DNA of 63,025 nucleotides, counting the filler, from Rhabdomonas costata (taxonomy: Eukaryota), in the NCBI GenBank assembly GCA_019059605.1. It is 44 parts of 44 records of this genome, joined end to end, with 100 filler letters (N's around TTAATTAATTAA, not from the genome) between each part and the next. Parts side by side here need not be neighbours in the genome. Positions count along the whole stretch, not along the records: positions 24,389 to 25,723 come from JAHMHO010019037.1; positions 25,824 to 27,159 come from JAHMHO010019038.1; positions 27,260 to 28,594 come from JAHMHO010019039.1; positions 28,695 to 30,029 come from JAHMHO010019040.1; positions 30,130 to 31,464 come from JAHMHO010019041.1; positions 31,565 to 32,899 come from JAHMHO010019042.1; positions 33,000 to 34,334 come from JAHMHO010019043.1; positions 34,435 to 35,769 come from JAHMHO010019044.1; 36 more parts are not named here. One strand, 5' to 3'. The position numbers and the translations under genes were made by a program. The number at the start of each line of letters is the position of its first letter. Positions within the stretch are counted from its first letter, which is position 1. Positions 24,537 to 36,420 of this stretch are shown here, one piece after another. The notes below the pieces were generated by a model that ran no database searches, was not told the origin of the DNA, and saw only the letters and a list, made by a program, of their open reading frames with translations.

Positions 24537-25823
24537 CCGAACACCATTTTTTAACTTGATTGTCAAAGGTAAGTTATACACGCCCTGCTCGCTAATCGTC
24601 AATGAGTGACAAAAGATTGTCCACAGCACGGGTTCGATCCGCGGGTGATCAAAATGTGTTTTCGTGCGATTTTTGGAACAATGGTATTGGGGTAGGGGCG
24701 TAGCGTTTTTGGATTTTGCCGATTCTTGAAATAAGAGAAATATGGGACTAGGTTATTTATGTGCGAAGACCAGCGGAGGCCGCGGAGGCCAGTTCGCAGC
24801 GCGGCCGGAGCGGGTGGAGGGGTGGGCGACGCTCCGTTTAGCACTGCTAGACGTCCGAATCAGACAACTGTTTGGAATGCTACTTTTAGGTCTTGGGGAT
24901 CAGGTCCTCTAAATATTTTTTTCAGCGAAATATGTTCGGTGTATAGTGGGCATGCTCTGCTGGGATATTCTCGCAGCAAGGTCAGCACCTGCTACAAAAA
25001 TACAGCGACCCGCAGGGTGACACCACTCCACCTAATCCTCCTAACCACTGCTGCAACAATTCAGCTGTGTCTACACCAAACCATTCCGTTTCGTCTGGAG
25101 AAATTGCGCGTGCGCATACGAAAGAGAAAACACAGAACGAGCAGACGGCAAGTGCATACTGCGAGAGCTCAAACTTCTAACGAAAGGAACACAGTGCAAA
25201 GCTCTAAAGCGGATACAATCAAACTCAGGAAATAGCAAAGAGTGTTGGAAAGTTAGACGAACCGCTGATAACTGTGGACAGCACCGAAGATGCCCGCATC
25301 GACGGGAAGGTCACTAAATCCGGGTCAGATCGGTCATTGTTAATATTTCGCCTTTCGGGACGTTCCAGCAATGATCAGGTATCAGGCTCAAGCAGTAATT
25401 CAAAGATACAGTTCGAAAACCAATCGTGGTCTTCCCCTCTTTCCGCTCCTTTCGCCCTACCTCCTTTTTCAGCACGCTTTCTCCCTCTCCCATTTCATCA
25501 CAGTTCTGTTCTGTTTCTTCCCTCTCTTTCCCCTGTCAACCCCCCTTCCCTTCACCCGGCCTCTTCTCATGTCTATGCATACATAAATTAGTGGGCCTTG
25601 TTTTCTTCTGTTGTACATTTTTATCCCGCCACAATAGTACAATCCTGTGCGACATTCTACCCTGAACTGCTGCGAACTTTCAGAATCCAGTCTGCCACTA
25701 ATCATGGTCCATTCCACAACAAANNNNNNNNNNNNNNNNNNNNNNNNNNNNNNNNNNNNNNNNNNNNTTAATTAATTAANNNNNNNNNNNNNNNNNNNNN
25801 NNNNNNNNNNNNNNNNNNNNNNN

Positions 25824-26510
25824 GGTTGTGTTGAATCTGTTGAATGGGACGAAGTTTGACAACGAAACTCTTTTGCAGTATCTGTTTGTCAGAGGTTTGG
25901 AAGGGGACATCCAGGCCAAAGTGATGGCGAATAATCCGCGGACCCTTACAGAGGCAATTGATAAGGTCTGGGAGTATTTCAGAAAGCCTAGACCTCCTCC
26001 ACAGGGAGAGAAATCGCGGCGTGGGGTGCGGCAATGGATTCAGATGCCCTACGTTATGGGTACACTCCTTTCTCGTGGAATACGGCCTTTCTAACCTCTA
26101 CAGAGGGAAATGTCAGCGGTTCCCCTTCCACAGTTTCCAGAGGTATGGTTAACGTAAGTGCGGTGCGGAGGAGTGCAAATTTGTTCGAAATGGCGACAGT
26201 TCCGGCGAGTTCTGTAATTTTTTCCGCCAAGATTTAATGCGACGCGTACGCCTTCTCCAGAGAGGATGGTGACAGAAGAGGACGAGGTTACAGATCACCC
26301 TCACAGTCTAGAAGCGGTAGACCTAGAATTCCCTCGTTTCCCAGGAGGGAAGATGTCTCCCAGACTCGACCCCAAGCCCGACTTCCACAAGGAGCAGGCA
26401 GCAGTCACCTTTTCCGAGTTCAGGTTTGGAGAACGCGAAGCCGCAGGTTCCTTCAAGAGTTTGTATGTATTGTGGAAGTACGAGCCACTTTTATAGGATT
26501 GTGAATTGGC
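25824..26510 (+). mobile_element. gag: Decayed second member of the Gag family seen at 5742-6951, with CCHC knuckle remnants
   Basis: LQYLFVRGLEGDIQAKVMA, RKPRPPPQ, RYGYTPFS, RTPSP and GRPRIP are shared with the first copy; frameshifted; CMYCGSTSH...DC at 26462-26502. Confidence 0.88.
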
Positions 26511-27084
26511 TAAGACGGAGTTGGTTCAGAGAAGTGTGCCGAAGGGGTCAGTTGGAGAATTTCAGAAGAGTGTAGATCAGTTAAACTAGAGGGGGCAGGA
26601 GACAGGGCCGCTACCGCACCACCAAAGAGGCCCACTTCGTCCACAGTCAGTACGCCAGCAAGCGCAAGTGTTGTGCAGAGAGCTCCAGGCACATTCCCTC
26701 TAAGAATTTTGCAGAGACCACCAGAGCCTGTGCGCTCAGATCAACCAGAGTTGATCAGGTTGAGCAGCCCCGAAACCCCATATCACGCAGAGTGACACAG
26801 GAGGCAGCCCCAGAGGAGATTAAGAGTGCCACTCCAGAGGCAAGCGTGGAACAAGTTGAGAAGAAGGGGGTGAAGAAGGGGGTAGAGCCTCAGACCAGTT
26901 TCCATAAGCCAGAAAGTGCACGAGCGGGCTCATTAATGGTGTTGAAGTCTGATGCAGAGCGGAGCGGTTCCGGGCGGTTCAGAAATCTCAAAGGAGTAAT
27001 AAGGAAGAGCCGAAATCGGTCCAGAGCAGACGAGAATTGCTGGAAATGTTGTGCGGAAAACGATTAACTAATGCTGAGTTAGCT

Positions 27085-27159
27085 TTTGTTAGCAGCCATC
27101 AACTGCCGTCCACTTTCAGAGGTTCCCAGAGAGGTCGGCAGTTGATGGCTGCTAACAAA
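27085..27159. repeat. Inverted repeat (24-bp arms) at contig end
   Basis: 27085-27108 is the reverse complement of 27136-27159. Confidence 0.9.
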
Positions 27160-27291
27160 NNNNNNNNNNNNNNNNNNNNNNNNNNNNNNNNNNNNNNNNN
27201 NNNTTAATTAATTAANNNNNNNNNNNNNNNNNNNNNNNNNNNNNNNNNNNNNNNNNNNNGGGTGTTGGGCTAGTCCATCCCTCCATCCCTC

Positions 27292-28382
27292 CTGCCCCGT
27301 TATGAAGCTGGCCCAGGGGCTGCACAGCAGCAGCAGGGCAGAGGCGGCCTCCTGAACACGGCCCGGGCGCCGCAGCGCGACTCTCTCCCAGAGCTCCGCG
27401 GGAAGTTCCGACAGCGGCGCCGAGGGGGGCAGAAGGTGGGGCAGCCCCAACGCGACACGCTCCCCCGCTACGTCGATGTGAAGCCCCTCGGCCTGACAAT
27501 TAAAAGAGGAGCACTGTGCATCCGGGCACCTTTCATAGACAGAGCGGAGCCCAAAGCACGCACATCGTCAAGAGGAAATGGAAAGAGCAATGGAAAGAGG
27601 CAATCGCGGGGGTGTAATCTGTCGCAGTGCACGAGCAACAAAACGCGGGGCTGCACTACTTGCCGACCTCAGATGAGAGAAGCAGGTCCTAATAGGGATT
27701 CAATCCACAAATTTTGCCATCCTCATTGCCAAGAACGCAAGGATTTGAGTTCAACAAAGTCCGTCCCAGAATGAAGAGTATGAAGAGAAGAATGCTCAGC
27801 CAAGGATGCTGATGGGCTCACGACTAAGCTGCCATCTCTAACTGGTAGGCAAAGTAAGGCACACTGGCAAACCTTGGACCTCACAAGTCGTGTCTCGATC
27901 AGGCCAAAGGCCACGGCGTTGCAGCGCACTCCCCGTGGGCCCCATTCTTTGGCCAGCGCCTTCGTCATCCCTGGCAAAGCCCATCCCCGACACCCCAGCA
28001 GCTCCAGCCTTCCTCTCCTGTCGTACTCACCCATTTGCACCAGAACGCCATGCGGAAGCACCAAAACGAAGAAAACAATCAGATGCATAGTGTACACAAA
28101 AAAGATCACAACCATCGCTGCGCGAAAAAGAGCAACCCCTCCGCACAGGTATTTACCAATCATCCCGGCCTTGGCAGTGCAGTAGTTCAACTGCCCCACA
28201 TTGCCCCGAGTGCCAGAAATGGAGGTGACGTTCACCACACAGCGGTCCTCTGGGTTCCATGGAGGCGAGGGTGTTGCGCGGCCCGGGGCACCGGCATCGC
28301 TCCCCTGGCTTGGTCCCCGCATATACGGCGCCGCTGCGCGAACTAGCCGAAAGGGCGCTGTCTGGTGCACCAGCAACATCAT
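27292..28382 (-). CDS. Short-chain dehydrogenase (3-oxoacyl-ACP reductase/FabG-like); exons 28382-28157, 27970-27873, 27492-~27292
   Basis: VVNVTSISG, GNVGQLNYCTAKAG (YxxxK), TKALAKEWGPRGVRCNAVAFG and LCSPWASFITGQ; both internal GT-AG introns join in frame. Confidence 0.92.
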
Positions 28383-31111
28383 CTGCACGCATCCCACCCG
28401 TACGTTTCGCAACTCAGAGTAAGACCAAACTCACACGCGGGCGCTGATGCTGCAGTGCGGGGCGGAGCTGTCAGATAGCTGCAGTTAAAAAATGGCACCA
28501 CCTCTCAGCACCCAAATGAACATGTACACTAAGAGGTTCTTGTTCAAACCCAGTTCACCTCCACACCGGGTGTCCCATATAAAATGTCCCAACANNNNNN
28601 NNNNNNNNNNNNNNNNNNNNNNNNNNNNNNNNNNNNNNTTAATTAATTAANNNNNNNNNNNNNNNNNNNNNNNNNNNNNNNNNNNNNNNNNNNNGTTTTG
28701 TGGTCACACGCACTTTCACTCAAATCAAGCAAAGGTAAAGTAGCATATCGTCAAGGTTTTTGCTAGAAAAAAGGCTGTTGTCAACGATGTCAGGTGTTCT
28801 GTGACAGAGAGCAATGCACAGTAGCAATCCTCGGGGCCAAGAAGCAATCCAAGCAATGAATAATAAAGGCACTGGACAAAGTTAAAGCAGGCAATGCAGA
28901 AGAACAAGGTTGAGAGGGCGAGTGGGTGACAAAAACGAGAGGGAAGCACTGAACATCTGGAATAGCGTCCTGGCAGAGGATAAGCTCAAGTAGTTTGTCA
29001 CCATGTCACAGTACCAACAACACTGGGCACCGAGCGGAGCAAGGGGAAGGGCGCAAGAGGCAATAACCCAGGTGAGAGCAATTTAGCGCGGAGCTCAGGG
29101 GGAAAAAAGAAAGCAAGAAAGCAGCGCCGCTGGGCTAAGACGGCAAATAGCCTTAGATGATGGGATGTGGGGGGGAGCCAAAAGAGGGAGACATTTGCCT
29201 GCATATGTTATGCGTGTCTCGTTTTTGCTTGGAATGGGAACAAAAAAGTCTTTGATGGACCCGCTTGCACTCCTGTCAGAACTACGCCAGTGGGAGTTGG
29301 GATCAAGCTTCGTGAACACTGCCATGCAGTGTCAGTTTTGTTCTGTGCAATCCCTGTAAGAGGTCCAGGGTTCACAGGCCAGGAATGTTCCACCACTTTG
29401 GTCATCACTTTTGTCCATCGCTCGCACCGGCTGCTTCCCGAACACGTCCGATTCTGACGCAGCTCGTGCTTACACGCACGCGCACGTAAACACACCACCA
29501 GTGCACGGGCTGTCGAAATCGACTTCCTTTTCTCTTCTCTTCTCATTGGGATCGACCTTGTTTGTGTGTTTGTGTGTTCAGTGCACCGAAAGTCTCCTGG
29601 GTCTCGGGAGCAGCATCTGCCTGAGGAGTCCTCTGCCGTTATGGTGCGGTCTGATGCCTTGGACCTAGAGAAGTACTTCAGCACTTGAGCTGCCTCCTCA
29701 GATCTCCACAGCTTCACGACCACCACCAACCCAAAATGCTCTTCGGCGCGCTTCCGCTTGCATTGTTTCTTTCTGTCTGCATAGGTCTTTCCGTATGGAA
29801 TTTGGGGCACCCACTTTTAAGTTAAGCCTGCTTTTGGAGGGGAAAACTGTGTGGTTGCATGTCATACGGGCCTGACAAGCCCTTCCATGTGATTTTGGCC
29901 GAGTCAATGACTGGGCCTTTGGTTTGTGGGGTTGGCAGGGTTGTGCACTACTTGGGCCACGTGCAACTCAGCCACACCCGAAAAATGTGGTTTCTGTCGG
30001 CTTCGGAAGAGAAGGAAAGGAGGTCAAACNNNNNNNNNNNNNNNNNNNNNNNNNNNNNNNNNNNNNNNNNNNNTTAATTAATTAANNNNNNNNNNNNNNN
30101 NNNNNNNNNNNNNNNNNNNNNNNNNNNNNCGAACCCTTCGGGGGCGTGAAGCGATACCTGCGCTTCTCATCATCACCAGTCTCAGCACTCTTGCGGGGCA
30201 CCAACGCATGAACGCCCTTGAACCGCACCGCTCCCTTGCGGCCCATGCGACAAGAGTGCCAGAAAAAATTCAGAGTCAGGCAATTCAACCAAGCCTGCGG
30301 CAAGCTGCGCAAAATCAATGCAATGCTCGAGCTCAAGATTTCAAAGAGTCTGAAACAGTCTTGCAGTCATTAACTTTTTAACCTTTTCTAAAAGCACTCC
30401 TTCCATTTGGTGGGGTGACTCACGTGAAGAGGAAAGGCATGCATTTTCCAAACCACCTGCAAAAAAATGCGCTTTGGTGTCCGCAAAGACGCGATCCAAA
30501 AATAACAATCACTGTTCATCAGGTTGTTGATTTCTTTCTCCAGTCCGACAAAAGACATTTTCAGTTGGACAAGATTTGACCCACTTCCAGGGTTGCTGCG
30601 AGAAGGCAGTTGCCAATTCACCAAAAATCACAAAAAGCACAACGTCAACAGGTCGCGACAACCTGTCGCGACAACACCTCGATTTGCGCGGTACTTGAGC
30701 AGTGACAAGGTGCCAGAACTGCAACGCAAGGTCGGGTTGCTGAACTTCCCCAACCACCACCAATTCAAATGAGTTCATTTGAGGGAAGGCTCCGGAGCGC
30801 ACGGAGGGAGCTGAAGCGGAGCAGTGTGAGACGAGCTCGGCCAGCCAAACGCTTAGCGTAGCAAGGCGATCGACGCGCGCAAAGCGAAACGGAGAGAGAA
30901 GGTTAAACGGAAGAGGAGTTGGTGCCCCGAGGACGAAGCAGAGGAAAACAACAGTTTTTCCGATTTTATACCTCACTACCGTTCCCGGTTCCTTTGCATA
31001 AAAAAATTTCTCGGATGTCTGAGCCCTTTGGAACTTAGAGCCCATCCTCCCGTCCGTTTGTTTATATATGACGGTCTCCCCCCCCCCTGGAGGCGTAATA
31101 CACTCCGTGAC

Positions 31112-31186
31112 CATTCCACGGTCATAAAGCTGCTGTGCCATCAGAATGAAAATGGTGGCGTAGAGGTAGCGGATTCGGTAGCTGGC
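31112..31186 (-). CDS. Possible short exon (ASYRIRYLYATIFILMAQQLYDRGM)
   Basis: AG/GT-bounded 75-nt phase-0 frame with coding-like codon use. Confidence 0.3.
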
Positions 31187-32999
31187 CTGAGGCGGGCAAG
31201 CGAGGGCACCATCAGGAGAAAACACCCAAGAAGTGCCACCAGGACCTCATATCTTATGCCTTGCGAAATGCTACCAGACCCATAGGAAGCTTCACGAAGG
31301 AGAGTGTGAGGTGGTCACAGAGGTAGGTTTGCAATCGTCACTTATTTAAAGAAGCCACCGGGGGGTAGTCACAGACTAGGTAGGTGCTCCCCAATTCTGA
31401 AGACACCAAACAGAGAGCGAGTTGTTACATTGAAATGCTCACAACAAATCCCAACCAACCCCCCNNNNNNNNNNNNNNNNNNNNNNNNNNNNNNNNNNNN
31501 NNNNNNNNTTAATTAATTAANNNNNNNNNNNNNNNNNNNNNNNNNNNNNNNNNNNNNNNNNNNNTCAACGGGATTCCGTCCCAGCACACTATGGGAAGAC
31601 GAAGGTGGTTTCCTTTTGTGTGGGAAAGCTGGCAGTGGGGAGGAAACATGGGTGAGAGGCTTGGGGGGTTTGTGACGGAGACTCAGTACGGTATGGTACC
31701 ACGCTAGGTCGTCCTGAACCGGTGGCTCCCCAAAGAAGTCTGTTTCCTTTCTCCTCCCCCCCTCGTGCTATGCGTTCGAGTCGCCGCGTGCGATGCCCTG
31801 CTGTGCCGTGCCGTGCCGTGATGCCTTTGTGATGTGACGTGAAGTGGGTGCTGTTCTGCTGAAAGGTGTGAGCTGCTCCCAGGCGGCTTTTTCCCGAGCA
31901 ACTCTTTTGACGACTTGTTGTTTTCCCTTGTGTCTATTCACCGTGGTCTTTATCCCCGGTCAAAACACAAAGCGTTGTCGATAAGTATTTTCCTTCTGGG
32001 AGTTGTGTTCCCCTCACTAACTCCCCTTGTGCTCACCAATGATGCTGGTGCCTTTCTGTTGTTCAGGCCTGTCAATTTCCAGCTCTGTGCGTCTGTTTGT
32101 CGTGCCATTCGAACACGGCACGAGACGATTGCTGGCTTTTCCGTGTGCTCTTGACCTGCCCCAAGCGGCTTAAACCAGAAGAAAAAGAAATAAAAAAAGA
32201 AAGAAAGAAAGAAAGACAAATAAGACATCTGACTTACCGTCATGTCTCTTTTATATTTAACTACAGAACGGTATTCCCAGGTATGCTGAGCCGTTTTACC
32301 TTTCATGCTGCTGGGACGGATGACGCAATTCTGCCTGCAATGTATGAACACTCCAACGGTCTGAGGTCTTCTGGATGAATTAATCTTACCACACAGATAA
32401 ACGGCATAACTACAGAATCCCGCCCCACAGAGGAAAGAGAACATCACTGAAAACAACCGTCCTTGATGCAATCCAGCAAAGCCAAAAAAGGATCACAGTG
32501 TGCAGGCAAGTTCCGCCGCCACTGGAATTCCTTAACATTTGTCCCTAACCCTAACACATGACAAATCTTAAGAGAACGCGCATCGCAACCTTCAAACCCT
32601 CACCCTCCATCTAGAATTCGAAACCAGGGAGCCCAATCATTCTCTACTAAGATTGTAATAAGGGACGGCGCTTTGGGACAATACGAAATTCGCCAAAAGG
32701 TGTAGCTTGGATCAATCCTACCCTACCGAAAAGGTGCATTTTTTTTTGCGATAACCGACGACACCAACCGCCACCGCCCCCATACTTATTCGCTGCCGGA
32801 GGGCGGCGTCCCTGACGCTCCCCGTCGCCGCCTGTGTATGGTACCGGTTCGCATCCCCACGCCAATGGGCCCCGCCCGCCATGAGCGCAACCGCAACCCN
32901 NNNNNNNNNNNNNNNNNNNNNNNNNNNNNNNNNNNNNNNNNNNTTAATTAATTAANNNNNNNNNNNNNNNNNNNNNNNNNNNNNNNNNNNNNNNNNNNN

Positions 33000-33730
33000 A
33001 ATGCACCTTCATGACGCCTCAACTTATTTCGCGTCAAACGCTTCAAAAAGAAAATCCTGCTCCGCCGTCTTTCGAAATCGAGAATTCCTGGAATGCAAGG
33101 ACCATGAAGCATATCAACGACCTGATCATCTGCGAAACCGACGAGATACATTGATCTTGCGGATCCTCATCCGAGGTGCATTCAACTCTAACAGTCCCCA
33201 AGGGCAGCGTGACTCCCGACTTCCCAGTGCCTGACTTTCCCAGAACAACAAAATATTCTACTCGACTTCCCAGAGATACGCCGTGTGTCCTCAGGGTCTG
33301 CACCAAAACTTCCTCAGGAACCGTTGCCCGTCAACGAACACAAGCTGTGGAATTACACCCACCGCCACCGGTGGAACATCTGCCCCCTGGATCACTCGCG
33401 AAGGCGTCGTCACCACAACACTCGACCTCCTTGGCTTGTCCGAAATCTCTCTGAGGAAAACCCTCCCTGTAGCATCGACATCCGCAGGCTTGGGGTGAGC
33501 CTCGCAACCCGGAGGAAAGTACAACGTGCATTGGGCTTTGAGAGAAGGGCTGCCCACCCCAAGAACGATAACACCGTTCTTATGAAGAAATTGCGCCAGC
33601 AGATTAAGCTGATCAGACCTGCATGCCAAGCCAACGCGCACCGGGACCTCTGAGAAACACACCAGTTGAAGAACATCACAGTAAATTTTCCAACATGACA
33701 GTTGCCCAACGCCGCTTCCATCAACGGCCC
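33000..33730 (+). pseudogene. Possible decayed retroelement RT/RNase H relic (DIRS-order-like)
   Basis: HINDLII resembles the RT YIDDxLI motif and a downstream DNTV resembles DIRS RNase H; frames are broken; weak. Confidence 0.22.
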
Positions 33731-35059
33731 TGGACTCAACTGCGCGCAATGACCCTTTCAAACCAGAAGCAAAGTTACACTTTGAATCATGACTATAAAC
33801 CAGGAACTGATCCGCGTGCTCCTGCGAGGATATCAGCGCTGCCCGAAGCTCATGGAGGTCAGTTGGTGAGAAGCTGTCCAGATCAACGAAAAACCAGCCT
33901 CTGGATACAGAACTGCTGGAAAAGCCTTGGAAGACAACAGAAGAGGAGCGGAACAGCCAACACTTTCTGCGTGGAAAGAAAGGGCGAACCAGGGAAAACA
34001 GAGTAACCTTGGCCATTTTTGTAAAGTGAAGACACTACGACAAAGAGACGAAAAGAAGAACGAAAAGAACGACACAAAAGAGAAAATAGAGTTTAGTGGA
34101 TTGTACACACCGCAGGGACCCTTTCCTGCTCACGAATCCCTGCTCAGGATTGAGTGCACAAAACCACTAAACCTCGCACGCCTATGAGCTCTTTACTTCG
34201 GGGGCATCCCCTTAAGACCAGCACAGCTGAGGGCAAACATTCGTACTAACTTTTCGTGCGTTTTAATATGCGCAAACGTACGTGTGCCTAGGTGTACAGT
34301 GCGAAACAACCACGAGGCTAAGACCCACCAACACNNNNNNNNNNNNNNNNNNNNNNNNNNNNNNNNNNNNNNNNNNNNTTAATTAATTAANNNNNNNNNN
34401 NNNNNNNNNNNNNNNNNNNNNNNNNNNNNNNNNNGCGGGAGGATGTGTGGTGACAGGTTGCCCATCTGTGGGGGCGTCGTTTCGCTGGTCAGGTGCTGTT
34501 CCTGTCGGCAAGCTAAGGGGAGGGAGGGGGTTAAGACTTATTTCAAATGTGCTGTGTAACGCAATTGTGATTCATTGATCAGTGCATTGGAGTTTCGGTG
34601 CTTTGTAAAGGAGAGGAGAACAGGAAAAAGGAGAGAGGAAAGGAATGTATTGTTACTGTGCAAGCTTGTTACTGAGTTTAAATCGGATGAAGTCGCTGGT
34701 GGTGATCAGGGCAAGAGGGGCTTCGCCACTCGCCTCACTTGAATACCCGCGTACCTTCTTCTCGTTCTTCGCTTCAACAATAACATAAAAAAGACCTAGA
34801 ATTTAAAAACAACACACTCCCCACTGTACACGACCCGCTGCCGAATTCTGCTCTCATTTTCATACTCGCAAGGTTTTGATGAAGAATGCTGGGTTGGCGT
34901 TTCACCCAAGAGCGTGGGAACAACCTGTCGGGATGTTTTTGATTGTGCGCATGCGCCTTGTCCGCACTCGCTTGTTGTGTAGCTGCATTGGGCTCGCGGA
35001 CCTATTCGCTGAGTGATTCTTTTATTGCTTTTCTCCGGCTTTTTTGGTGAGACAGATGA

Positions 35060-35461
35060 ATGAGGCCCTCCCGCGGCCAGTGGCTTCCACTGTGCTTTGG
35101 AGTTTGCCTCTCCTTCCTGTTGGTCTTCGCCCAACACCTTCGTCTGACACGCCCGCACCCTGTGCCCACGGGCCACCCCGTGCAACCCAATCCCTCCTTC
35201 CCGGCCCTTCATGAGAACTCTCTGTCCCTGCTGGAGAGGGTCCACCCGACGAAGGTTGCCTCTGCCAATGAACCGGTCAGAACAGCCAGCCCAACAAGAG
35301 CTTTGGTGAAGCCACCTGGCGCCCACGCCGAGCCAAAAAGCTCCGAGGCTGTGCCATGGGTGGGCAGGCCAAACAAGCTCATGGAGATGTACGAGAGGTT
35401 TGAACCCCTGAATGACACTGTGTGCGACAGCCCCTTGGACTACTGGGAGCACCACGCTGCG
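35060..35461 (+). CDS. First exon of a type II membrane or secretory protein
   Basis: ATG, signal-anchor LCFGVCLSFLLVFA, Pro-rich stem, GCG|gtgtct donor. Confidence 0.55.
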
Positions 35462-35877
35462 GTGTCTTTTCTCTGGGTTTAGCTCATTGGATGGGCTTGT
35501 GCTGCTGTGCGTGTTTGTTATAAACCAAAATTGTGTCTCGCATGTCACGGTACCCTCTCTCACACATTCTCACACACACATCCGTTAGTTGCGCCTTGAT
35601 GCTTGCAAGAAGCCGGCGGAAGTTTGGAGAGAAAAGTCAGCGAAGTGTAGTGAAGAGGAAGCTAGCAACAGCACATTCAACGCCAGGAAGTTTAGCTCTC
35701 TGTTTCCTGTTTATTTTGAAGTTGAATGTGATGGTTCTCGTAAACCCTGCTCCTTGGCACCACAACAAANNNNNNNNNNNNNNNNNNNNNNNNNNNNNNN
35801 NNNNNNNNNNNNNTTAATTAATTAANNNNNNNNNNNNNNNNNNNNNNNNNNNNNNNNNNNNNNNNNNNNGTTTTGTG

Positions 35878-36420
35878 TTTCACTCGAAATGTGAGCATTT
35901 GGCCAACTCTGGGCCGCGTATTGGCATGCCAGACCAGATTATCTGGCTTGCGTTGCTTCTGGAATTAGGATGAAAGTGATGGTGACCCCTACGGAGAATG
36001 TTAGTGCGTACGTACGTGCGCTAGCGCCAGCAATGCCTCGCCATCTCAGGATTGCGCGCTTTCCGCTTCCGCTACTGCCGACGTGGATGTGGCGCGGGAG
36101 AAGGGCAACGACCTGTACCGTAGAGGACTGTATAAGGAGGCCCTGGAGGTGTATACTGGGCTGATCCAGGAGCTCTCCAAAGTTTGCAGCACAGAGCCGT
36201 GCCAGGAGGAGGACGGTCACGGCGGTCACGACGAGCTTCAGCAGAAGCTGGCTGTGCTGTGCAGCAATGCGGCGCAGTGTGCAGTGCAGCTGAAGGACTG
36301 GGTGGAGGGGTCACCATCACTTTCATCCTAATTCCAGAAGCAACGCAAAGCCAGATAATCTGGTCTGGTCTGCCAATACGCGGCCCAGAGTTGGCCAAAT
36401 GCTCACATTTCGAGTGAAAC
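35878..36420. repeat. Inverted repeat (~112-bp arms: 35878-35990 and 36307-36420) bracketing the TPR exon
   Basis: Arms are reverse complements apart from a 2-nt mismatch and a 1-nt indel; the left arm starts at the contig edge. Confidence 0.95.
36050..36301 (+). CDS. TPR-domain protein exon (co-chaperone-type TPR)
   Basis: AREKGNDLYRRGLYKEALEVY and AVLCSNAAQCAVQLKDW; ctcag| acceptor, TGG|gtggag donor. Confidence 0.85.

Noticed and set aside
24580..24650. tRNA or tRNA-derived SINE (GGTTCGATCC)
   Set aside because: No acceptor stem, D-arm or A-box could be built around the T-loop-like motif.
32540..32605. Telomeric CCCTAA repeats
   Set aside because: Only two units, internal to the contig.
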